Positions 1 to 10,544 of a DNA stretch of 64,000 bases are shown piece by piece (position 1 is the stretch's first letter; each line of letters starts with the position of its first letter). The DNA lies in contig CM119263.1 of NCBI GenBank assembly GCA_051294375.1, positions 1,975,740 to 2,039,739 of the forward strand, in the 5' to 3' direction. A program made the translations under genes and the position numbers. Below the pieces are notes generated by a model that searched no databases, was not told where the DNA came from, and was given only the letters and a program-made list of their open reading frames with translations. Origin of the DNA: Paraspadella gotoi (Eukaryota > Animalia > Chaetognatha).

Positions 1-183
1 TCGGGTCTTGTGGCATCCGGCATCATCACGCGTTGATCTTCGTCTCTCTTTCGGTCTTGACATCGTCTCTTTGCGCACTTCCGGTCGTCGACTTGGCTGG
101 AACCATGTCTGTGTGCGTGTGTGTGCATAACGAGTGCTTGTGTGCAGTTCGAAACCGACCATTATAAGTTCTTTACTCGGGCA
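1..183 (-). repeat. Putative 3' LTR (5' part only, runs off the window edge)
   Basis: Minus strand reads AAAAAGGGGGGAGGAA-T-TGCCCGAG..., i.e. a PPT followed by a TG start. No second copy found to confirm it. Confidence 0.5.
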
Positions 184-184
184 A

Positions 185-200
185 TTCCTCCCCCCTTTTT
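185..200 (-). other. Putative polypurine tract (plus-strand primer site)
   Basis: AAAAAGGGGGGAGGAA on the element's sense strand, one base before TG and downstream of all element ORFs. Confidence 0.6.
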
Positions 201-644
201 GCACTCAAAAATTATTTTGTTTGTTTTTTCAGGTCACTGTTTAAAGTAAATTGAATTCGATTAATGACAAATGCATAGTAATTATAAATAAACAATGCAA
301 TTTAATTCATTTTGATTCGCACCGTACCGAACGTTTCGGCCTCGTCACGCTCAACGTGGCCCTCGTCAATTAATAATAACAATAACATGAACGACACGTT
401 TCTTTTAACAGAGTTTTTTATCACGTAAATTGGTTTAATGTTCGTTTGAATCTAGATTCTTCTTTTTCGAGTTGAGTCTTTGGCCCAACTTGGATAATTT
501 TCCCGTCTTGGCGGCGGTGGTGGCGGTGAAGGCGGCGGAGGCGCGGAGATGCTACTGGTTGCAGCCTCGGTAGTTTCTGCTTCTTGAACGCGCCGCTTTT
601 GTGCGTGGCGGCGATTTCGTCAGCGACTCTTTTCCCGGTGGAGG

Positions 645-1679
645 TCAAAACGCTGCAAGCCGTGGACTTTTATCTGGTGACGGAGATCTCGGGTAAGGGC
701 AGGATAACTTCTCTACTCTGTCCTGTAGTTTCCCGCAAGCTTGTGACCATAGCCTTTCCGTATTCGCTCGTTTTTTCTCCGCCTCCGTCCTCACTATTTC
801 CAGCTTGATTTCTGCTTCGATTCTTTTTTCTGTTTCTTTCTTTAAATTTTCTTTCAATTCCTCGATCTGTCTCCTCAGCTCCGCTTTCTCGAACTCCCCT
901 TTCGTTATTTCTTGTGTCTTCCTTTTTTCTCTTAACTCCATCAGTTCCCATTCTCTTCCGTCTACCTTTGACTGCGTTGACGCATCCGCTATCTCCCTGA
1001 ATGTGTCCGCATTGTCGTCGTTTGTTCTTTTCGTTGACTCTTTGTTTGTCACCGTCGTTGTTGTTTTCGTTTTCGCGAATTTCACTGCTGGACTTGCGTC
1101 GTCGAAAACTACGATTCGTGTCGACGTTGTTGAAGTCATCGTCGTCGTTGCTGGCGGCGTGGACTTTGGCGGTTGTTTGTTGTCCGTTGGCGTCGTCGGT
1201 GATGCTTCGTCCGCTGTCGGTCTCAACATTCTCGCTTTTCTGTCCAGCGAATCTTTGTCGGCGCCGCTCCGTATCATCTCGATGAGTTCCTCGAAATCTT
1301 TTTCTGTCCAGCCTCGTGCTCTGGCTGCGCGTCTCCATCCCTTTTTGATTCTGTAAATCATGGTCTTCTTTTCCTTCGGCGCCACGAAATCGGCCATGAA
1401 ATATTTTTCGTCGCCTGATCCGACGACGATGGGCACGCTGAAGTCGTTTAGCGCCCGACGGTGAGGTGGCAGCTCCGCTCGTTTTAAAAACTGCGCCGTG
1501 AAGTCCTCTTCTGGTTCCGGTTCACTTTGTTTTTGTTTCGGCGGCGTCGGTATGACGATTTCGTTGATTGACGTCGAGCTTCCCGCAATTGTCTCTAGAC
1601 TGTTGCTCGCCAAGTCTCGTGCGAATGGAAGGGCGCCGTAAACTTGTTCCTTCTCTTCTTCTGTCGGGTTCCACCACAT
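645..1679 (-). CDS. Element-borne accessory ORF G, 344 aa: unknown N-terminal region, Thr-rich linker, C-terminal charged coiled coil
   Basis: Long open frame with non-repetitive composition. The true start is probably ~1740 (MENFDRVEPNDYGLLDGDEVA after restoring one A). ORF 421-648 may be a frameshifted continuation. Confidence 0.6.
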   Translation of the reverse strand: MWWNPTEEEKEQVYGALPFARDLASNSLETIAGSSTSINEIVIPTPPKQKQSEPEPEEDFTAQFLKRAELPPHRRALNDFSVPIVVGSGDEKYFMADFVAPKEKKTMIYRIKKGWRRAARARGWTEKDFEELIEMIRSGADKDSLDRKARMLRPTADEASPTTPTDNKQPPKSTPPATTTMTSTTSTRIVVFDDASPAVKFAKTKTTTTVTNKESTKRTNDDNADTFREIADASTQSKVDGREWELMELREKRKTQEITKGEFEKAELRRQIEELKENLKKETEKRIEAEIKLEIVRTEAEKKRANTERLWSQACGKLQDRVEKLSCPYPRSPSPDKSPRLAAF

Positions 1680-1901
1680 CGCAACTTCGTCGCCATCTAG
1701 TAGCCCGTAATCGTTGGGTTCGACCCGATCGAAGTTTCCATTTTTGTTTTAAAAGTCAACTATTTAATGTTTAATATATAAATGTTTATTTGTTGACTTT
1801 CGTTTCAATTTAATGTCCTGTAAGAACGGTTAAAGTATATGCGGTAATCAATACGTAATTCATGCAACAGTCGAATTATTTATTGGCAATTGATACACGA
1901 T

Positions 1902-2259
1902 TTAAAACTGAATTGTTCTTCTTTCACTTTCCGTAAACAAATTCTCAGTCCTTCGAAAGCGTTTTCTTCCTCTCCTTGCGCTTCCTTTTTTCACTTCAGC
2001 CTCGAGTTGCGAAATAATGCGTCCCCAATCGGTGCGTTGCATCCTCTCCAATCTGGCCGTGACTTCTGGATTTTCATCGGCCTCGTCCGCGTATAGGCGC
2101 CATCCTTGTCCGTTATCGCTTTCCTCCACGTATATGACCGGACCGTCAATTTCGTACGGGTGCATCGGTCGTCCGATCTCCACGTCGTTCTCCAGTTCTG
2201 GCATGTCCTCTTCCTCCTCTTCTTTGTCGGGCTTCTCAACTGGTTCCTCTTTTATGCCC
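1902..2259 (-). CDS. Accessory ORF F, copy 2 (acidic, MGIKEEPVEK...GWRLYADEA...RMQRTDWGRII), 3' end frameshifted
   Basis: Homologous to 3082-3434, differing mostly by synonymous substitutions plus a 15-bp in-frame indel. Confidence 0.6.
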
Positions 2260-2584
2260 ATTGTTTTAATGTTTTCGAAAGTATCGAGTTTAAGAGAACT
2301 ATCGCTAAAAAGAAAATTTGAGACGGACGAGGTTGGTAATGAAAATAAAAAAAACAAAAACGAATAATGATAAAAAATAAGTTCGTCGTCTTCCTCGTCC
2401 CTCCTTTCCTCGCCTTTTAACGGCGGCAATGTCGTTTGCGGCGGTCGTAATTGATTTCGTCCAACTGAAATAGAGATCCGTTTGTAAACATTTTTTACAA
2501 CGCTGAATATTGGATTATATACTCTCTCGTTGTTGAACTACGCCTTTTCTCTTGTATTTTTCTTTTATTTTTGTTCAATTTGAA

Positions 2585-2974
2585 TTTCATCTTTTCTTAC
2601 GCTATTTTCGTCGTCCTCCCGGTATGGCTGAGGAGTAGGTGTCGGGAGGTAGTACACCTCCTCCTCGCTGTCGTCCTCTAACTCATCGGGCGACCTGGCG
2701 CCCTCGTCGCCGTCCTCTTCGTCGTCATCTTCGTCGTCGTCCTCATCGTCGTCTTCATCGTCGTCATGAATGACGATGACGGGAATGTTCCCGTCCTCGT
2801 CGTCGTGTTTGGGCGCGGCGCCGTTGGCGGGAGCGACGACGCCCCTTCCCGTGGCCGTGATGGCGGTGGCGTCGGCTGCTGCTGCTGGCGCAGCATTTTC
2901 GGCTGAAGCCGCGTCGGCGGTGGCGGCCGGTGCTGCCGGCGCAGCGTTTGCGGCTGGAGCCGCGTTGACGGTGG
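2585..2974 (-). CDS. Accessory ORF E, copy 2 (partial, cut by the N gap at 2975-2984)
   Basis: Homologous to 3724-4275: same Ala-rich segment, DRNIPVIVIHDDD and EEVYYLPTPTPQPYR motifs. Confidence 0.5.
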
Positions 2975-3081
2975 NNNNNNNNNNAGGAACGATTAAATAC
3001 GTACGGTAATCAATTCATGAAATAGTCGAATTATTTGATTGACAATTGTATACGCAATTTTAAACTGAATTGTTCCTTCTT

Positions 3082-3437
3082 TCACTTTTCCGTAAACAAA
3101 TATCTCAGTCCTTCAAACGCGTTTTCTTCTTCCTCCTTGCGTTTTCTTTCCTTCACTTCGGCTTCGAGCTGTCGAATGATGCGTCCCCAATCGGTGCGTT
3201 GCATTCTCTCCAATCTGGCCGTGACTTCTGGATTCTCGCCGGCCTCGTCCGCGTATAAGCGCCATCCTTGCCCGTTCTCGCTTTCTTCCGGACTTAATTG
3301 TTCCACGTAGATGACCGGACCATCAGTTTCGTACGGGTGCATTGGCCGTCCAATCTCCACTTCGTTCTCCAGTTCGGGCATGTCTTCTTCCTCCTCTTCT
3401 TTGTCGGGCTTCTCGACTGGTTCTTCGTTTATGCCCA
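3082..3437 (-). CDS. Accessory ORF F, copy 1 (~118 aa acidic protein starting MGINEEPVEK)
   Basis: Open frame with its peptide conserved in the 1902-2259 copy. Confidence 0.6.
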
Positions 3438-3723
3438 TTGTTTTAAATGTTTTCGTAAGTATCGAGTGTAAGAAAACTATCGCTAAAAGGAACATTTAAG
3501 ACGGACGGGAGTAGTAAAAAAAAACAAAAACGAAACGAATTGAAAATAAAAAAAAATGTTCGTCGTCCTCCTCGTCCTCTTCGTCGCCTCTTCATCGGCG
3601 GAGATGGCGTCCAAGGCGGTCGTGTTCGATTTCGTCCGACTGAAATTGAATTCCGTTGTGCTATGTATTTTATAAAGACTGAATATTGAGTTAAATAATC
3701 TTTCGTCGATGTATTTTCTCTCT

Positions 3724-4275
3724 TTATTTGACCCATTTTTTCCTTACGCTTTCTTCGTCGTCCTCCTGAGGCCGATACGGTTGAGGAGTCGGTGTCGGGA
3801 GGTAATACACCTCCTCCTCCTCCGAATCATCCTCCATCTCATCGGGGGACCTGGCCCCCTCGTCGCCATCTTCGTCATCGTCGTCGTCGTCGTGGATGAC
3901 GATGACAGGGATGTCCCTGTCCTCGTCGTCGTTTTCGGGCGCGGTGTCGGTGACGACGGCGTCCCTTCCGGTGGCGCCCACAGCGGCGTCATCCGATGCC
4001 GCTGAAGCGGTATTCGCGGCGGGAGCCGCGCTCGCGGCGACGTCGGCGGCTGCGACGGTGGTTGCTGGTGCCGCAATTGCGGCAGGAGCCGCGTTCGTGG
4101 CGTCGGCTGCGGCGGCTGGGGCTGCTGATGCCGCACCTGCGGCAGGAGCCGCGTTCGCGGCATTGACGGTGGCGGTGCCGTCGACGTTGGCGCCGTTGTT
4201 TGGCGTGAGGGTGACGGTGACGACGGTGGCCCCGTCGACGGGCGCGTCGACCCGAATTTTGATGGTAGTGGCCAT
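3724..4275 (-). CDS. Accessory ORF E, copy 1, 183 aa: short beta-like N-terminus, Ala-rich linker, acidic C-terminus
   Basis: ATG to stop, GC-rich and flanked by AT-rich spacers; paralogous partial copy at 2585-2974. Confidence 0.6.
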   Translation of the reverse strand: MATTIKIRVDAPVDGATVVTVTLTPNNGANVDGTATVNAANAAPAAGAASAAPAAAADATNAAPAAIAAPATTVAAADVAASAAPAANTASAASDDAAVGATGRDAVVTDTAPENDDEDRDIPVIVIHDDDDDDEDGDEGARSPDEMEDDSEEEEVYYLPTPTPQPYRPQEDDEESVRKKWVK

Positions 4276-4389
4276 TATATAAGAAAGACTCTCTGGAATT
4301 GAATTTATCGATATATATATGTCATAATTATCGACACAATCAAACTAATAATGACGTATAAAAAAAACTTTTTTCCGATATAAACGAGT

Positions 4390-4966
4390 GTCATTTGTTT
4401 TTAGTTTCTCGTTCCGCCATGGTCCGCATTTCTCGGAAATGCTCTTTTCTCCTCGCCCCGATCCTCGTTTCAAACTTCTTGCTTTCTCGTAAACTTTTCA
4501 AATTCATTATTTTTTTGTCTTTCTGGTTCTTCAGAGTTCGTTACTGCTATTTTCTTTGCTCAGTATACTTTAAACGAATGGTTTATTTCGTCATTTTATC
4601 GTGAACGGTTCAATACAAATTTTTTCTATTTCAGTTAATTTTTCGTAAATGATTTTTCAATATTTTTTGCCGTGAAATGTCTTTCGTTGTTTTGAGAATA
4701 TTTTGCCTTCCGTTCTAAAACGTCCGCCCATTCACTCCAGAAATTTATCCTCCACGGATATCGTTCGAATTCTTCGTCGAGAGGTGAGCCCATTGCTATA
4801 TAGTTGTAGTATATCGACTCCATTCATCTTGATTTGCATTCCGTCTCTCTATTGTCTTCTAGGCTGTCCGGTGCGTCCTCGATGGTCGACTTCTTTCTTG
4901 TTTGGCGAAATCCTTCGTCTCGTCATCGGTAAGTTTATTTTTGTTCGTTTTTTGTTCGAGTAACAT
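4390..4966 (-). pseudogene. Accessory ORF D, frameshifted (includes ...YYNYIAMGSPLDEEFERYPWRINFWSEWADVLERK...)
   Basis: Coding-like purine-rich sense strand broken into pieces; ORF 4635-4823 is one piece. Breaks may be sequencing indels. Confidence 0.4.
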
Positions 4967-5032
4967 TTTTCTGTAGATTAACAATAAAAACACGCTTTCG
5001 ACGTACAAGTTTTTGACTGTTCATGGTTTCTC

Positions 5033-5796
5033 TCAATAAGTGTCTGGTCTATTCTGGTATTTCTTTCCCTTCGTATGATTTCTCATTTTCTTTTGAAAGT
5101 CAGAAAAAATTTTTTCTTGATCATATCTGACTTCGATCCATCGTTCGTAGTAATCTTTCTGTTTTTCGAAGTCCGCTTCTAGCTTCTTTTTCTTTTCTTG
5201 GTCTTGGCCGTACTTTTCGATTTGCTCTTGATGGAAGTTGACGTAGGATGCGAACATCCTCATAGCGTCTTCAACTGATTGGGGCGTGCTGTCGACCTTC
5301 AAGCACCACTCCATTGTCTCTCTGCGGAAATCAGCTGCTTTTTCTCTGAAATAATTTAACGACTCGATAAATATTATTTTCTCACATTGTTTTTTCTTAT
5401 TCTTAGTGATTTGATTCTTATTTCACTTTCGAGTCTTTTGATCTTTTTGTCTACATTTGTCATTTCTTTTTTTGTTCTCGCCAGGATTTCGATGTAAATT
5501 TTTGAAATGACATACTTTTTTTCTTTCTCGTATATTTCTGTCCCCTCCGCTTTCCTTTTCAGCAGACTTTCTTTCTTTTCCTTCGCCATTCTCAGTGCTG
5601 TCTCAGGATCGTTTCTTTCCTTTTCTTCTTCCGCTCGTCTTTTCTCTTCCTCCTCTAGTTCGACTTCCGGTAGTATGAGTTCTCGCGTCAACTTGATCGA
5701 TTCTGTGTGCTCTCCGTTTGTCCACATTTCTTGTCCTTGTCTCCATTTTTCATCCAATTCGTTTCGTTTGTTTCGAAATCCTTCGGCTAGATCCAT
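5033..5796 (-). CDS. Accessory ORF B/C, Glu/Lys-rich helical protein (~250 aa if joined)
   Basis: ORFs 5374-5796 and 5033-5314 join into one frame (...KQCEKIIFIESLNYFREKAADFRRETMEW...) if one A is added to the homopolymer at ~5390. Confidence 0.55.
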
Positions 5797-5824
5797 CTGT
5801 AACTCAATTAATTTTTTATTTAGC

Positions 5825-6236
5825 TTTCACTGGCTAAATTTAAAATTTCATTTTTATAATCACGCGAAATTCACACAATTTTTTCTACAAAGAGTTTATC
5901 TTTTCTGTGACCATTTCGAGTCTTTTCATGTTCCGTGCCTCCATTTCCTCGAGGATCTTCCGCTTTTCTGGACGGATTGATGGCCCATGATGAGCGATTC
6001 GTTGATCTGGTTCAGTTCTTTCAGGTTCTTTTCCAATTTCGCTTTTTCGTTCTCCGGCTCTTCTCGATCTTTTATTTCACTTTCTTTCTTTCTATCTTTA
6101 GTTTCAGCTTTTTCTCTCTGAGAATTAGTTCGTAGATTTTCCTTTTTCTCGTTTCACTTTTCCTCCTTTCTTCAGTTTCTTTCCACCTTTCGTTGATGTC
6201 GATTTGTTCACTGGTGAACTCGTTCGTCGTTTCCAT
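5825..6236 (-). pseudogene. Accessory ORF A (METTNEFTSEQIDINERWK...), frameshifted, Glu/Lys-rich
   Basis: ATG at 6236 in a GCCATGG context, 140 bp after the pol stop. Coding-like sequence continues across frameshifts. Confidence 0.45.
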
Positions 6237-6375
6237 GGCGATTTAAGCATATCTCTGTTAAATTATCAACATTTATCTTAAACAATGTTCGGGTTCAACA
6301 ATATTATTTAATTGATTTCGTCCACAAATTTTATTGATTTTTCGCTGTTTGAGTTTCTATTAACAAGTTTTTCTC

Positions 6376-7640
6376 TCATTGGTCTAGTTCCAACTGGACC
6401 AACGCGTTGTGATGGCGACGAAACGTCTTTCCGTCGGCGAGGCGAACGACTGCTTCTCTCTTGGTCGGTCCGTCGCCCTTCAGCTCGATCACTCGTCCGA
6501 TTCTCCATTGATCACGTGGTGCGTTTGGCTCGACGAGAAGAGACGACTTGCCCTTCCTTCAACTTCTCCGTCGACGTCCTCCACTTCGTGCGTTCCTGGA
6601 GTGATATTAAATACTCAGTTAACCATCTTTTCCAGAAAGCGTCGGCGATCTCCCTCACTTGTCTCCAAGAGCTCTCATACAGTCCCCTTCTGATGCTGCG
6701 TAAGGTAATATGGTTAATGATGTGACGAGTAAAGATAAGGATATAACATGTTCATTGGCGATAATGCTATTTCGCTTTTAGGATCTGATGATTCGAAGTT
6801 ATCGGGCGTCTGTTCAATATACCTGCCACTTCGCTCAACGCGGTCGCAAACGTGTCGACGTCTAGTTCTTGCGTCAAAGCTGCTGCGAGATGCTTCTTCG
6901 TTTCTTTGACCATTCGTTCCCACGATCCTCCCCAGTGCGGAGCATTTGGCGGTCCGAACGTCCATGTTATCCCCTTTTCGGCGATGCTCTCGTGACCTTT
7001 TCATCTTCTTGAAGCTTTTGGAGTTGTCTTTCGATTTCGTGGTGAGCTCCGGTCAGGTTGGTGCCGTTGTCGGACACTAGCATCCGTAAGCCTGGGTACG
7101 AGTTCTTAAACCGTATAAGTGCATTCAGCATCGATTGTGCGGACATGTCTTTTAATATTTCGAATGTGATTGCTCTCGTCGTCATGCACGTTAATAACAC
7201 CACGTTTTTCTTGTTTAGTCCTCGGCCGGCGTGCTTTACCTGGAACGGTCCGAAGCAGTCGAGCCGGTCACCTCGAATGGAATGGCTTGATTCACTCTGA
7301 AGTCGGGCACTCGCCCATCTTTTGTGGTTCGTGGATTTGAATTTCTTTTGACATTCGACACGCAGCGGCGGACGATCTTCTCGACGGCGGATCGGCCTCC
7401 CATCAACGTGAATCTTTGCCGTAGCGAGTGAAACGTTGCGCATGCTCCTGTGTGGAAGTAAGGTTACATGTTCTGTCTGATTAATGAATTAACGTTTTCG
7501 TCGTCTTTCGGCAGTATTATTGGTGTTTTGTATCATACGTCATCGTTTTGCAGTTGCCCAGCCGTCCTCCTGTTCTCATCATCCCTTCCTCGTCTACAAA
7601 CGGCTCAGCGATACTATTTTCGAGTTTCTGTTTCTCAATT
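6376..7640 (-). CDS. Pol integrase (DDE core and BEL-type C-terminal domain), frameshifted
   Basis: DCFGPF, LLTCMTTRAITFE, SDNGTNL, PPNAPHWGGSWER, WRIGRV and DGKTFRRHHNALVQLELDQ*, with the stop at 6376-6378. Confidence 0.9.
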
Positions 7641-7919
7641 CTTTGTGGGCTGATGGGTGAGGTCACTCCTAATTTTTATTAACTCGAATAGCTCACTTTC
7701 GAAACTTTTTCTCTGTATTGATCTGATCAATCTTTTTTCTGCCTTTCGATATTCTTCTCCTGATATTTTTATTTTCTCTTTTTCCGTTTTTCCTTCCTTT
7801 TTTCTTTTCCTCTATTTTCTACTAATTTTCTTACTGCTTTTGTGAAATATGCATTCTACGGACCTTTTTTGCCCAATCCTCAATTTTTTCTGTGATTTTA
7901 ATCACCCAGTCCTCCCTTT

Positions 7920-8900
7920 CCTCACCTAGTTCCTTCTTTGGGTATTTCGTCGTAGCATTGCGAAGATAAGTTCGATAGCACTGAATTTGCTGTCTTCGTG
8001 TATGGCGGCATGTTTACCGTATTTTCCTTTCGTTTTTTGATGCTTTCCAGGTCGTCCGTGATCGGCCATCTTTCTTTGGTGAGTTTCAGCCAGCTGGGTC
8101 CGCTGTGAAAGGTTGACCACTTCTCTTCGTCGTTGGCTTCAATTCCTCGGCTGGTGAGGTCGGCCGGATTTTCTTGGCTCGGCACGTATTTCCATTCGCT
8201 TGGCCTGGAAAGAAGACGAATCGTTTTTAATCTGAAATTTTCATAGGTTTTAAATCTTTTATTCCAATCTCGTATCCATCGGATCACCGTGACCGAATCT
8301 GTCAACATCGTGATCTCATCAAACTCCTCTCCCGATTCACGGATCATTAAATCTCTCAGTTGAGCAGCTATCTCGCAGCATTAATTCAAGTCGCGGCATC
8401 GAGTCTAAATGATCAATGTGGTTAGATAGAATTATTTTTTTGTTGCATTTTAATTGGCTACGACATGTGCTTTAGCAAATAATAAAGTTACATAGCTTTT
8501 TCCCCATCTTTATTTTCTTTTTTAATGTATAACGCGGCTCCGTAACCGTCCAGCGAGGCGTCACAAAACACTATCAAACTCGTCTCACGCTGTCTAATCC
8601 CAGCATCGACGTCCATCGCGGGATTCGAATCTTCTTCAAGTGGATCATCTTCTCTCCATTCGTCAAACGTTGTGTACAATTCTTCCGGCAGTTTGTCGTC
8701 CCAGTCCAGCCCCGCCGCTACTACTTTTTGAAGCGTAATTCGTCCCTTCAACACCACTGGCGCGACAAACCCCAGCGGATCAAAAACCGACGCGAAAAGT
8801 TTCAACATCTCTCTTCTCGTATTCACTTCTTTCTCCGATTTGTCCGTTACGCGGACAAAGAAGACGTCTCTCCTTGCATTGTAACCCACTCCCAGCACCT
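7920..8900 (-). CDS. Pol RT thumb/connection and RNase H, frameshifted
   Basis: KVLGVGY, ASVFDPLGFVAPV, LDWDD, IVFCDASLDGYGAALY, TDSVTVIRWI and WKYVPSQENPADLTSRG are typical BEL/Pao motifs. Confidence 0.92.
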
Positions 8901-9039
8901 TCGAGTCATGCTGATCCAACGTCGGGTCTTCGGAATCGCGTTCCTCGCGATCTTTTCCAGGTCGTCCTCTAATCTTCCTCTTTCTCTTTTTCCGTCTCCT
9001 TCGTCGTCTCCTTCTCTTCCTCATCTTTACTTGGATTGT

Positions 9040-10150
9040 CGACGAGAATTCTTTCGTCGGAAGCTTGCCACTTCGTCAACTCGAAGCCTCCTCTTTTCAT
9101 CGCCTCCGTCATGTTGATCCTCATCTTCCTCGCCTCCTTTATCCCGTCTAGCCATCCAAATAGTCGTCACGTAATATTTTTAAGAAAAAGGCTGATATTA
9201 CCTCTGGCGGAAATTCCTTCAACTGGCTCATTTTCTTCCCGTGATATTGGAGGGACGAACGTCGCCACTCCCGGACTTCCTGCTCCTCCAAATACATGCA
9301 CCAACGGCTCGTGACTTCGAGCGTCCTCATCGTCTCTCTGTGTACCAATGATAGCGGAAAGCGGCCACGTCTTTTGGATGTAACTCTACCTGATGGAAAA
9401 ACCCTTTTATATCAGCTGAAATTGTGTATCTCTTTCGGCGGAACTTCAGTAACAGCCGACCAACGGGTAAGGTTGTCCGGCCCTGGGATTAAATGATCAT
9501 TCAAACACGTCCCCTTTACTTTCGACGACGCCCCTGACACAGGCGGAACTTGCCCCGGCTTGTCCGCCCGGTTACTACTAACAACGGCGCAAAAAACTCT
9601 GGCTGCCCTTCCGGCGGATGTTCAACGGTTACCTTCCTCGCGTGACCCGACTTGATAGTCTCCTCCATCGTCTTGAACACTCCCTCTCGAACGACCGGAT
9701 CCTTCCTCATTTTTGCGGCCAACTTCTTCGCCCGATTCTCGGCACTCTTCGTTACTCGTCTCGAATTGTTTCGAAAAAATTTCGCCGTTTTCTCTCTTCC
9801 TCGTTTCCATGGCGACGGCGCTACATAATGTCCCGTTTTTTCGTTAAAGTAAATTTCCCCTTCCAGTTGCTCGTACGCGAAATCGTCTTGCGCGAGCGAG
9901 TGTTGTACTTCGGAGGGATACAATTCTGACCCTTTCATCAGGAAGTCATGGCGGAACATGCTCGTGATCAAATACTCTAACTTTTCACTCTCGGGCAACG
10001 TCGAGCAGCAACTCAAGTGATCCCCTCCTTCGTTTTCACTTGCTCCGACCAGCGTCCATCCAAACTTCGTCTTCAACGCCATCGATAACCTTCCGGCCCT
10101 GTCCTCGTCTCGCTCCCATCCACGCATGTGCAAGTCTTGCGTCAATTATC
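9040..10150 (-). CDS. Pol reverse transcriptase, frameshifted
   Basis: TKFGWTL, GHYVAPSPWK, KFRLC, LNDHLIPGPDNL, FGGAGSPGVA and YVDDYLDG (~9150-9175, one base missing). Confidence 0.88.
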
Positions 10151-10169
10151 ATCTCTACTGCGTCATTCT

Positions 10170-10530
10170 CTAACTCATCGAACTCAACTCCTTCCATGTA
10201 ATCGTAATCTGTGATTTCGAGTTCTTCGTTGGTCGGTCAGTCTCGGTCGTTAACACATCGCCGATCAAGACTTTTCTTATTTCCGTTGTAAAGGTTCCGT
10301 CTAAGTTAGATATTGTCACATCCGCATAATCTCTCCACGCCCGTTGATTCCGTTGTATGTCGTTAAGTTGTAAATTCGGCGTAAGTTTGTTAACTCTAAT
10401 TCTTGCGCTAATCGCGACGACACGCTGATCGGGTTGCCCCGCTATCGGCAGCATCGCGTACGTGGTGATGTTTTTATTGTCATTTTTTATCACTACTGGT
10501 ACGATAGGCCTAAATGCTCCGGTCACCACG
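10170..10530 (-). CDS. Pol aspartic protease, frameshifted
   Basis: PIVPVVI...TYAML followed by GAT AGC GGG GCA ACC (DSGAT) in a shifted frame. Confidence 0.8.
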
Positions 10531-10544
10531 TACGCGGCCGCCAG

